From positions 248,001-312,000 of the forward strand of contig CT868663.1 in the NCBI GenBank assembly GCA_000165425.1: a stretch of DNA of 64,000 nucleotides. The letters run 5' to 3'. Source of the stretch: Paramecium tetraurelia (Eukaryota). Shown piece after piece: positions 27,422 to 40,661 of this stretch. Each line of letters starts with the position of its first letter. Position 1 is the first letter of the stretch. The position numbers and the translations under genes are program-made. The notes under the pieces were generated by a model. The model saw only the letters and a list, made by a program, of their open reading frames with translations, did no database searches and had not been told where the DNA came from.

Positions 27422-28411
27422 TCAAAGTTTTCTATATTTGCATCTTTTAGTATAATCATTTTCAATAAAATCCATTTTAACAATTTTTGACCTTTAATTA
27501 AAATATTCAATCATATTTTAATCTATTTAGTTTTAGGTCATAATTTAGGAATTATACTCTTATTCAAAGAACATAAATTATAAATATGAATCGTCCTCTT
27601 AGTTGTATATGTGAAATACCTTAGGAGTTATTTTTACTTCAAATTATTATCCATTATAGTTTAATGCTTGTATTGTATAATTAATTTGCTGATGGGCCCC
27701 TTGGAACATTCCCGTGATTAGATTTTAGAATTAGTTATTATCAGTTGATAAACACCATGGTAAAAGTCCGGTCTAATTAATATAGTCCTAAAATATTTGA
27801 TCATTGATTCCCATTAATTACAAGTATTAGGTATTAATTGACTTCATCAGAGTGGTTATTATGCCTTTTTATTTCTTTTAAATATAAACAGCGAAAGAGT
27901 GTCTAATACTGTTTTCATATTCCTTAATTTCTTCCTCAGTAGAAACAGTGATTTTTTCTTTTTTTAATAAATTGAAATGATAAGCCTCAAATAACTCTCC
28001 CAAAGACGGATGATATTTTTCTAAAGTGGTTTTCACAACTTAGTGAGGAGTGAAGGGTCTATCTATGGGCTCAAAATGAAATATGTAGTTATTGTGATGT
28101 TTATCATACCTTACAATTCTATAATTAAATGAAATTGGATCTATAGATAGGGCTCCCAATTAGAGATTGGGATCAAATTAAATTGGAATGAAAATATCAG
28201 ATTCAAGTCTGAAAGTTAAACTTAACGGGATGTAAGCAGGGATTTATTGGTTAATTTGAATAACTTACTTGAGTTTGGAAACATCAATATCACTGCCGAA
28301 TTTGAACTCTATCGTATATTAGTTTCTTCTTTTTTCCTTTCTAATTGGTTTAGTTATGCAAATGATTTTTTCTTCCTTACCCGTCTTATGATTAAACAAA
28401 AAATTTGACAT
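27422..28411 (-). CDS. Hypothetical protein with a possible degenerate PAS-like C-terminal domain
   Basis: 990-nt ORF; segment INTQYLQLMGINDQIF...LLPWC...LNYNGQQFEVKI is PAS-like by eye only. Confidence 0.6.
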
Positions 28412-28645
28412 AATTGATATGTATTTTAATTGATAATAATTTTTGTAAAAACAATAAAAATCTTGATAAAAGTTGTCTTATCCATATTGTAATATTAAGT
28501 GGCAATCATTTCATTAAAAAATTAATAAAAATTCATATTACTGAAAAAATTTCATTTTTTTTTTTAATTTGGAATTTTATTATAATAATTGTAAGTGAAC
28601 AAAAATATAAATAAGGTATTTAATATTAATATTAATAACATAATT

Positions 28646-30698
28646 TCATTATTAAGATCTAAGCATAGCAGGAAGAACGGGTATTTGATTAGCCATATCT
28701 TCATCAAAATCAGGTTAGAAATTAGATTTAGGAGATTCGATATCAGAAAATTATAATTGGAATTTCATAGGACTATCTTAAAAGATGTTTTCTAATTTCG
28801 AAGTGTTAGTATGTAGGTTCTCGAATAATTCTAAGATGTCCTCATCCAGAATATCAAGAATCTTCCTATCTACTTCTGATATTTCATCCTTCTGTTATAT
28901 TTTAACATAAGCTACGAATGCTTCTTGTAATCTCATAAATTCTGGTTTTTCATCTTGGAGAATAACCTTATAGGCTTATTTTTATTCGACGATTTTCATT
29001 TTCTTCTGGAAATCTTCTCCGAACATAGATTCAGGAATAATGGGTTTGGGTAAATAGTTAAATAGTTTTTATTACTGTTCATTTAGTAGTATAAGCTTTA
29101 ACCGATCAATTTCATAAACTTTCGAAATCAAATTAGCAATGTCTAATTTGTTCATGAACTTTTCAGTTGCATAACTAATAAGCTGCTTTTCCTTTTTCCT
29201 GCATCCAAAACTCATAATAATGATGTCTCTCATTGATAAATTCAGAGATTATTTCCTTTTTTTCAATAATTATATCATCTATTTGTGGTTGTTCACTTTA
29301 TCCACACTTTTAACGAAAATTGATTTACTCATTGATTTTTGCCCACCAAGAGAGCGTTTGCTAAAGTAGGACTTTCTACTTTCAAGATCCAATTGTTAAG
29401 AGCCTCTAGCATTCATTTTTGTTGGGGATCCAGATCTCTTAAGGTTGTCCTTAATTTCATCTATTGAATCTGAACTCTGTTATGCTTAGAGACCTTCCTA
29501 ATTGTTTTGGTTTTCAAATCTAAATAATTTATTAGCCATCTGCAAATTCATGAAGGTTGAGGTTACTGGTTACAATAACGCACTCACGGCCAAAAATAAA
29601 ATTTACCATAGACCCCCTACGTTTCCAAAGATATCCTACAGCTTTTAATACTCTCTATTATAAGATGCCAATCTAGAATCCAAATTTATTATATGTTAGA
29701 CAATAAATTAATTATTATAGTTATCCTGACTTTCTCGATTTTATGATTGAGCCAAGCCATATTCCGTTTAAACATCTTCCATAATGTATCCAGTATCTGT
29801 GTCAGACTATGTAATTTTGAAGGTCTAGAAAATTGATTTTGATGTAGAATTCGAAAATGTTGTATATTGTAAATTAATTATGTCTTTGAATGGAGTCCCA
29901 GGATTTTTCATCTAAACCAAATTATCACTCAAGTGAACTGCATAATATCCTGTCTACAGCTCCTTCCATATTTTTTCTGGTGGTGCACAATCAGTTTTAT
30001 TTGTGGTATTTTTACATTGAGCGATCGTTATCTATAGATATTAATATACTGTTCCTTAAACAGTTCCCTAAAGTTACTAAGGTTAGAATAATATTCTTAC
30101 AGGAGGATTGTTTTGCCACTATTCTACATTAAAACATTGAACAAAACCTAGTTTTATTTTTGAAAAATATGATTTCTATAAATCTGTTACAAAATGCTAT
30201 TCGCCACATGGCTCCGTTGGGTATAGTGTACAACTACATAGAATAATTATTTACTTTTAGGATATCACAGTTTTGTTAGTAGTTGGGTCTATTGATCTGA
30301 CTCGCTTGCAATTCTATACATTCATTGTGAAGTGAGTTCCCAGCGTCTAAAGCGATCCCAAGGACATATTCGCCATTGTTATGCCAATTGTGTAATTTGT
30401 CATCTCCAACGAGTATGCCTTACTTAAATTCAATAATTACACTAGTGTCCACAACTTGTTCTTCAGACATTGTTACTCGAGGACCCGTTTGAGAGTAGAG
30501 ATCTTACAATTATATAATTGTATATAGAACACACACCACCGATATACCTACGGTGAACAAAAATCCTAAAGAAGTTGTAAATTTCTCTTGTTTGAGAATT
30601 TTAAAAGCTGGAGGCTATCCAAATAAGTCCATGCTTCCATAGACATTTTTAAAACATGTTTGAGCTTGGTTTTTATTCTTTTTTTGAAATTTGAGCAT
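28646..30698 (-). CDS. Ciliate two-TM protein with a large Cys-containing loop (DEG/ENaC-like topology)
   Basis: MDLFGQPP...KFTTSLGFLFTVGISVVCVLY (TM1); loop with QCKNTTNKTDCAP; REYQKLQDIFGNVGGLWQILFLAVSALL (TM2); cytosolic tail KLDIANLISKF...LFNYLPKPII. Confidence 0.8.
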
Positions 30699-31614
30699 TT
30701 AATTTAAAAAATCTAATATTGTTTAATTTAAGTCTTAAACTTTTGCATCAAGTTTGAACACTTTTAACTTAACCCAAATCAAATGAATTAAAATGATATG
30801 ACGATAATAATATATTCATAAAAAATTAATTATTAATGAAGTATATTGAATGATTTGTACTTTTGTTATTAACCAATTAAAGGCATTAATGATTGTGAAC
30901 TATTCTTTTAAATTCCTATTTTCAATACGTTCAAAGGAAATTCAGAAAAAGATAATTATCTATAATGTTTGAAGATCCATTTTAAAACTTATAAACTTAA
31001 TGATATGATCAACTAAAATTAAAATTATGTAGATTTAAATAATGGCGATCTTGTTATCTATTTAGAATTAAACCCATATTTCAAATATAGATGAAAATCT
31101 TAGTTTTTTAATATAAATATAACTTTTATTCTATATATATTATTAATTACATTTCACTAAGTAAATTTTACTTTAAAGATAATAGAGAAATCATTAAGAA
31201 CAATACATAGAAGAAAACCAAAGCTATATTTTAATGTTACTTTATAATAAAAGATCTAACCTATTCAAGTAAATGGTCAAAATCTTTAAAAGTGAATTGA
31301 TATATTATTAAATGATTTTAATTATGAATTTCAGGAATTTAATTTTTTCAATAATCTTATACTTTTACATCATTTTATGATGGTTGAAGCCAAGTGAAGC
31401 AATTAAAATTTGTATAGTGAATCATATGAATATCAGAAAATTAGAAATTGCCCATATTTTCATATGCTACACTTTTAATTAATTAAGAATTTTCCCTTAT
31501 CTCTTGGAAATATTGTAAGTGAAGTTAATTATATGGGATAAAAGAAAATTAGCTAAGTATAAAGTGTTTTAATAATAAATAATAATTTTTATATTTATTT
31601 TAAAGTCATTCTTC

Positions 31615-33274
31615 ATGGAGTAACTGCTTGAACGATACTAAGAATTAGAAAAACGCAATAATGAAGAATTAGAACATGACAAATCGATAACTCATTTATT
31701 GTATATAGAAGGATTTAAGTGGGATGATTTGGATAAAATAAAGAAAATTAATAAAATTTCACAAGCTAAGGTAGAAAAGAGAATAACTTTAGTTTAAGAT
31801 GTAATAATAAAAAAATAGATTAGTTTGGGTTACTGAGAAGAGAAGTAGAACCACATTCAACAGAGAATGAGTATTGCAAAAAGTTGCTTAAAGACATTGA
31901 TATGCATATATATTCGATCATGTTTGAGATAGACAAATTGGAGTAGTTGAAGCAAAAATCGCAACGATTCTTGAGACTTCAAAGTTAACCGAATATAAAG
32001 CCAGAGACTGCTCCAACTGACTTAATGACTCAAACAGGAGGTTTATTGTCGAGTACAAGTGATGGGTAGACTCGGATGTACAAAAGCAGTTTTCAGTTTT
32101 ATCGAGCTTAAAGAGATCAATAGATTCAATCACACAACTAGAAATGGATAGAGAAACAATACAGCATTTAAAAAAAATTAGTTGAAGACGAAAAGGAGTT
32201 TTAGAAGTTCCGTTTTGAGATTGAAGTAAAGCAAATGAAGGCTGAAATGAATTTGGAGGAGTATTAGCAATGGTAGGCTCGATAGTTGAAGGAATAGGAG
32301 GAGTTGAATTCGAAGAGATTGCAATTGCATAAGGATAGAATGCTTAAGGATCAATAATAAAGATAGGCAACATTGGAGTAGAAGATGCAGAGGAAGGAAA
32401 AACAGTTGAAAAAGCAAATGTCATTATTGCAGGATTTTCATGAAGAGCAGAAACAATAAAAAGAGGAGCACTTTTTAAAGATTCTTTAGAAGTCAATGGG
32501 TGCTTTGAATGACAAGGACAAATTCAATTAATATTAGAAAGAGTAATCGGAAAAAAAAGAATTGGAAAACTTAAGGAAATTAAAGTATATAGAAGAATCT
32601 AAATAGTGGACAAAGTAATAGTTTTAGAAGTAAGCAGAATAAAAGTAATAGAAAATAGAAAGAGCAAATGTATAAGATTATTAGTTTATAATTATAGCAT
32701 ATTTTAGCAACTTAGGATTATTAGAGACGAGAGAAATTCGACGAGAAAGAAAAGAAGAAATTAAATTATATGGAAAAGTGCAAGAAGACTTTTTCGGAAT
32801 ATTAGCATATGATTAATAAAGGAAAGGAGGATAAAATGCACAATTTTTAGATTGTAATTTTGAAATGATATGTTAAATAGAATAAAGCTATAGAGGATGC
32901 GAGTCGAGAGTAATTGATAAAGTATCAGTTTGAGAGGAGATCTAATAGTTAGGCTTAGGCTCAGAGATTGAAGGAGAGACGATTAAAGATATACTAAGAG
33001 GAGAAGGCAGGAGAACATTTAATAAAATAGTTAGAGATTAATCAGAGATTAAATTAATTAGAGTGGGAACAGGAATTAAAAAGAAGAAAGCAATAGATTT
33101 TGGAGGACGAATAAAGATAGCGATAATTGATGATAGAGTATAATGATAGTTTTAGATTGTAGAAATGATGCGAGAGAGACTATGAGGGAAAGGGAAAAGA
33201 ATGCTAGGAAATTAGAGATAGAAAAGGAGTCGAGAGAAAAGGAAATGAAGACACTCAAGTATTTGAAGGTTTGA
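31615..33274 (+). CDS. Hypothetical charged coiled-coil protein
   Basis: Long E/K/Q/R-rich frame with short introns; exon boundaries partly uncertain. Confidence 0.65.
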
Positions 33275-33331
33275 ATAATTGACATTTTATAAGAAAGTTT
33301 AGTAAAATTTAATTATTTATATTTGAATTTA

Positions 33332-34873
33332 ATGAATAACCAACTACACAATCAAAACTGTCAATTCTGTAAATTCAGATAAAGCAAGTTTATATAGAAG
33401 GAGATACATGAGAAGTATTTGATAAATATGAAGGCCTAGATACTTTGAGTAGTTCAACTTCTATTTTGCTAAGCCAATAACAGAAATATTAGCAAATGTT
33501 CCTGTGGATCATGTCATTTTGTTTAAAGACTAATTATACTTGCATGATGAAAACGAATATATGAAGCGTTTTTATTAAAGAGATGAGTAAGATCCGAGAT
33601 TAAATTTACTTAGCAATTTCTACTTTGAGTAACATAAAGTAAAAATTGAAACATTATACAACAATAGATGATATAACCAAATCTATGTAAAGTTAATGCT
33701 CATAAGTTTATGGAGAAGAGATAGAATAAATTGCTAAAATTACAATAAAAAGCATAAAATAGTTAGAATCAACAACCAATTACTAAGAAGATGATTCCAG
33801 ATCATATTTTTAGTGAAAACTACGTGGAATCCGTATCTGAGTAGTATCGACATACTTATTTAGTTCCTATCCGAAGGAACAAATTTCTTGGGACAGCAAA
33901 TCTCATAATATCTATGAGGTATCATAAGTTGAAGCTTAGAAATCAATACCCATCAACAAACCAACAGAATAATGCTAATGTTCAATTATTAACACATCTG
34001 GAGATCATAACAAATTGTTCAATTGTCAAAATGACCAAGAACTTGATAATATCTTCAATGATGTGAATGTGTAAACATCAAGGAATTTGTCAGCAATCAC
34101 TAAGATCCCACTCAAAAAGAAGATGCCAACCGCAACTACTACAAATGCCAAGAAGAATCCTACTCCTTAATAATCTCAATAGCCTAAGGTACTTATCCCA
34201 CCTTTGAAATTATAAGAGAGTGCCAAATCATCAACAACTACAGCAGCCAACAATAATAATAAATCCACTAGTATTCAATCTTTAATGAAGAAATATGATC
34301 AAATATTGTAAAAACGCTTCTAAGTGAAAGAAATCCTCACAGAACGTAATGACATTCGCCATGTTGAAGGATATGGTTCAAGTTATGGCAACGGTACTGT
34401 TAGAGCAGAAGGCGGATCTTCTAGAAAGCAAATTACAGATGAAATGCTGCTTAAACTTATTTAGAATATGAAGAAATCTAAAAATAAATCTGACAACTAT
34501 TAGTTTCATGCATCTTACAAAAGCCTACTCCAATAGGCATAAAGTGGACCTACTTAATCGTGTACATTTGAAAAGGAAAATGAGAAGAAGAAAAAATATC
34601 AAGTTTATTTGGTATTATTTAGTTATTTATAGAGTAGCCTAAACAAATCAAAAAGAATCCTTCTCAGATGTCTTCACCAACAACTGTATAAAAGTAAAGG
34701 ATTACATTTATGTTAGTACTTGTTCTCCTTCTATGTTACTAAGATCACTTTCAAATCCATCGATGGCTCCTTCACCATTGCGTAGATTGGAAATAAAAGT
34801 CAATCTCAATAAATTAATTCAATAGCAAGAATAAGAAATTGGGTATTGGACTTAAAGATGCAAAGTTCGTTGA
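33332..34873 (+). CDS. Hypothetical protein with an ordered N-terminal domain and a low-complexity tail
   Basis: After a 25-nt intron: KYFEQFNFYFAKPITEILANVPVDHVILFKDQLYLHDENEYMKRFY; ends YWTQRCKVR-TGA. Confidence 0.75.
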
Positions 34874-34963
34874 GATTTCATTTAGTCAATTAGTTGATTA
34901 AAATACAAATTATGTTTTATAAATTTATTTTAATATACTAACTACCTTAAAATCAAATTAAGG

Positions 34964-35920
34964 ATGAGCATTAATTATGCCTGTAATATATTTTAGCCAT
35001 ATTTAAAGAATTAAGGAAAACTGGGAGGAGACAATCTGTAAACACAGACTTCATGCAGTATCACAAACTATCTTAAGTATTTAATTGTGAAGTATAAAAG
35101 GATAAGACTTTCACAGAATCCTTTCCCGTGTCGCTTCAAAGAACTAAACCCAACTTTAAAAATCAATTGTCTCAATTAGAATTGTAAGATATGAATATTA
35201 TAATAAAGCGATGATCACTAAATCGACTTTAAAAATCACCCGTTTACATTTTAGGATAAGACCGATCAGAAGACAGAAGTAACCAAGAAGAAATTTGTAT
35301 TTGATGAGCATTAATCAACTAAATAAGGAGAGTTTAAGAATTTTATGAATGCAATGGATGATTATATAAACTTTTTGAATGAAAGTTCCGATTGCTTGAC
35401 TTTGAATTCAGAAAATTACAGCTAGTTAGAAAATATCCTATTTGCTAAATTTAACATTATTCGATAAAAGCATGAAGAGTTAAATAAGAAATACAAATTG
35501 GCATAATAAAATTTTACAGCTCAAAGATATTAGAATTAGTTACTCAAAAAGCAAATCGTTGAGATTCATTCGCAATTGGAGGAGGAGAGATAAAAAAGCT
35601 GTTTATTGTTAGATATAAATGAAAAACTGAAAAAGAAGTATAGAGATTTATAAAATAAAACACAATTTATTCAAAATTCATTTGTGCAGGATAGGATGAA
35701 GTACGATCATAAACGGTAGAATTAATTTCAATAAAGTATATCAGTAGATGAAACTGATAGGGGTACAACATAGCAAACCTATGAAACAAATGATGATTAA
35801 TAAAATGTGACCAAATTCTTAAAATCTTAAATGCGAAAGTTGAGATAGAACAATTAATAAATTGATGATTATTCTCGTCTATATAAAAAAATTAGTGAAC
35901 ATAATAATGATGACTTTTGA
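34964..35920 (+). CDS. Hypothetical coiled-coil protein
   Basis: ATG, short introns, a long Q/E/K-rich exon and TGA at 35918-35920. Confidence 0.6.
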
Positions 35921-36044
35921 TTAATTTAATTTATTATATAAAAAGCTGTATTACTTGTGTATTGATGAACACTTTAGAATATAATATACACTTTTTTAAG
36001 TTGGAATGATAATATATAAAAATGCAATTAATTTAATTAATTAA

Positions 36045-36661
36045 ATGAATTCTACCTAAGAATGGGTCCTTCATACTAGTGATAATCAAATCATTAAATT
36101 TAAGAGCGAATTATTGAATTTCTGTGATTTGTTGTAAGATAAAGAAATAGATGAACCATTGCCAGTTGCGATTGATGTAAAAGTCCAAGTTAAAGCCATA
36201 GTTTGCAGTCCTGAGTGTGATTAAGAAATTTTGTGAAGTTCATAATTACGAGAGTGAAGCAATAAGAATTAAAAAACCAATCATCAATAATAAAATAAAT
36301 GACAATTTGGACTAATAATCAGTTCAGGTTTTATAGTTATCAGACGAACTATTTGATAAAGTTTTAGCAGCCTCCTATTACTTGAGTTTTGATCTCTTGA
36401 GACAGGCATGCTTATGCATTTTAGCATGTTAAATTTACATTGATGACAATGAAAATGACATTGAAAGGTAGAGAATATTATCATTAAAATAGAGCACGAA
36501 AACAGTATGGCTTAAGTGAGATAACACCAGAATAAGAGAATGAAGCTATTACAAAGAATAGACCTGTATTTGAATAATTATAGAAACAATTTTTTGAAAT
36601 GCTCAAATAGTTTGAAGATGAACAAGAAGAAAAATTAAAATTATAGCAATAATTATAATGA
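36045..36661 (+). CDS. Divergent SKP1-like protein
   Basis: WVLHTSDNQII...PLPV..VLSVIKKFCEVH...LFDKVLAASYYLSFDLLRQACLCILACQI...ARKQYGLSEITPEQENE follows the Skp1 POZ plus dimerisation layout; two 25-nt introns. Confidence 0.75.
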
Positions 36662-36939
36662 ATGACTAATTTATCATTTTAAAATGTTTTAATATGAATA
36701 TCATCTAAGACATACTTAATCAAATAAGAATTTTTTAATTAGTTATTTGAAATTTCATTATTCTAATCAAGTACATTCTGAATAACATTTATGCATAACA
36801 CAATTTAGTGAGGAATTCAAAATACGTAATGATTAATTTTATATTCCTCCAAGTTCATTCAATCTATTAAGCAGTCAATGTATCAGCTATAATATATAAT
36901 CATTTTGATATTATCAATACGATAAAATTGAGGATTCTT

Positions 36940-38134
36940 TGTTATCATCTTCGCTGTTTTCTTTTATTACAATAATGCTCTCAAAATAATTTAGTTTATT
37001 CAATACACACTATCACACAGCATTTTACGTATTATAAATAATTATTCTTAGTAATTGGTTGATATCTAAAAGATCACGTACTTACTTTCATGATTTAAAA
37101 CTTAAACTATACCTTCAAAATGAATATGATCGATTTATCCATCATTAAGTAAAATTAAAATAAAGTTTAGAGTAAATAACATCAGGATTAAGTTTGAAGG
37201 CTAATGAATTCTTAGATCCTTGCAGCTACAATTCTAATGATAACTTAATTGGAAATAATTTGTAATTGATGGTCATCAGAGTAAATTTATCTGGTTGCAT
37301 ATAAAAAAGTAGCAAAATAATTATCATTTATAATTATATGCATCAATTATTGTGAGCGTCATGCAATATATTTAACAACTTGATCTTTCACGCTATATTT
37401 CTGGTGGAGAAGCCTTAAAAACACCTTGTAATCAGAATAAACCAGATAAAGTCAAACTTTGGGAATAGGGGAAATTAAGATGTGTATCATATTGTTTTCA
37501 GTTTACAGGAAAGATGGCACGGGAATAAAGATTCAACATGTTTTGTACTTATTTCAGATCCAAATTACATGTCCTTCATTCTAAATTAGCTTATGATATG
37601 CATTGTCGTAATTTTATAAAAGAGATGCTTGATACTACAATTTCAATCTTCTTACTAATCGTACGATATGAGTGTGGAGATGATCTATACTAAGAAATGA
37701 GGACGTACTTCAAAATCCTCATGGATGCTGTTGACTATCTTGCTAATCATGATTCTGTTGAACAAGTAACAGAAATCATTACTCCAGAGGACTTCCATAA
37801 AATTATATTCTATCTAAAACTGCTCAATTTAATGCGAAACATCAAACAACGTAAGAAGTTCCTAGAGAATTATCCACATGCTGCTATAAAAGCAATTTAA
37901 CAATGCTATCTCTATAATGTTATTATAAATGGTCCAGTCAAACACATAAAATATCGATTTGCTGTAGCCAACCAAGATTATGCCAAATATGGATTGCAAT
38001 TTAATATTTAGAGCTGCAACAAAGTAGTAAACAAATAAAAAGCAGCCGAAATCTGTTGGCAAACCTTGTATGATCTCAACATTGCTGCTGTAATCAAGGA
38101 GGGAATATGGGATGATTTAAAAATGTATTTATGA
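36940..38134 (+). CDS. Hypothetical protein (start uncertain)
   Basis: Long ciliate-code exon that includes track ORF 37697-37900 and ends IWDDLKMYL-TGA (38132-38134). Confidence 0.6.
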
Positions 38135-38142
38135 TATTTATA

Positions 38143-38456
38143 TCAACAATAACCTACACGATCTCTTGGAATGATCTTCAATTCTGAACCATGTTTCAAA
38201 AACACATTTCCTGAGGTCTATTGAAGTGACACTCCAGTCCCTGCATTTGTTATTATAGCACTTGTTGCTGGATTCACTTTAAACTATAGTTAATTATGCC
38301 ATTCTCATACCTCTTCAGCCACATATTTGACAACCGCACTAAATGGAGCTTCTTGAGGCACTCTATTGTCATTAACAATTATATTTACGATACTGTTCTG
38401 AATGCCAAATTGGGGTCTGATGTATTTACTATCTTGAAAGTCACCTTATTTTACAT
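38143..38456 (-). CDS. UFM1: Ubiquitin-fold modifier 1
   Basis: [86 protein letters not shown] after removing two introns; canonical VG followed by a 2-residue propeptide. Confidence 0.96.
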
Positions 38457-38469
38457 ATAATTTTTATTA

Positions 38470-39220
<751 letters not shown>

Positions 39221-39263
39221 AATTTTATAATAATTAGTTGGCAAAATTATTTTTTCATTAATA

Positions 39264-40077
39264 ATGGATACTAAGGCATACTCAGAAATCTCTGAGAAGG
39301 CATTAATCACTGAGTTGTATAGGAGATATCGTTGTTAAGAAGAAGGATTGAAGAAACGTATTGTATTGCTCGGAATGCCTGGAGCTGGTAAGTTATGCGT
39401 TTTACATATGTCTAGGAAAGGGGACTCATTCAGCAAAAATGCTGGCCCGTTTTTGCATGTGCCATCTATCTACAGGAGACCTCCTTAGAGAAGAAGTCAG
39501 GTCTGGAAGTGATTTTGGTAAGCGGCTTAAAGGAATTATGGATAGAGGTGAGCTAATTGAAGATGAAGTTATGTGTAATTTAATCAAATATCAATTATCC
39601 AAGTAATTATAAACTTTAATTCAGGCCTGCATGTGCAAATGGAGCTATTTTGGATGGATTTCCAAGAACTATTCCTCAAGCTCAGAAATTAGATGAAATT
39701 TTAAAATAGAGTGGATAATAAATTGATCAAGCTATCTTCATGAACGTCAGAGAAGATACCGTTATCGATCGACTAGGAGGTAGATGGACCCATCTAGCTT
39801 CGGGAAGAACATACAATTATAAGTTCAATCCTCCAAAACAATATGGAAAAGATGATATCACAGGAGAAGATTTAATATAAAGAGAAGATGATAAGGAGAG
39901 CACTATTAGAAACAGATTACGAGTGTATTAGAGCAAAACCTCTCCAATTGTTGACTATTATAGATAGTATACATAGATATTTATTATTTTAGGAGAAATA
40001 TTTTGCATGAGATCAATGCAGAAAGATAAGTAGATGAAATTTGGAGATAAATCAAGAACATTGTTAAATAAAAATGA
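39264..40077 (+). CDS. Adenylate kinase (AK2-like, with LID domain)
   Basis: LLGMPGAGKGT P-loop, HLSTGDLLR, LDGFPRT, GRWTHLASGRTY and QREDD; three introns. Confidence 0.95.
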
Positions 40078-40661
40078 TTGATGTATTTTATATCTTAAAA
40101 ATATTTGAATTTAAAAAGATCTTATTTATAATTGAATCTAAAAATATTCATCTATTTAATTCAATGTTCCTCATTCAACATATATTTTCAGCTAAATATT
40201 ATGTCCAATCCTTGATCCATAAAGATAAAAATTCAAAAGCTTGGCATGTTGTGTAGAGATATTTAATTATCATCTACAATTTATTAAGATATGTAATTAT
40301 CTCCAAATATAATATATCTGTGATATCTACTATACATATATTATGTATATTACGTCTCTATTAATTGTAATATATTTGATTCTACAAAGAAATTTAAATT
40401 TAATCAATGGTTCTTAATGAGATAATATTGTGTATTAATTAGTAAGCTTCTAACCATTTTATTTAAATAAAACAAAAAATAATTCTTTTAGTTAGATAAT
40501 TAATATCATAGTAATTGTAAATAATTACAAATTTAATAATATATTTTCATTTTTATTTATAGAATGAAATAATGAGAATAAGAAATTAATCTATATTTGA
40601 TTCTCATTTTCCTAATATTTATATTATTTTCAAAAGATTTTATTTTAAATACATTAAATAC

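Noticed and set aside
38100..38400. Plus-strand extension with several in-frame TGAs (possible selenoprotein)
   Set aside because: It is the antisense of UFM1; the TGAs are complements of the minus-strand sequence.
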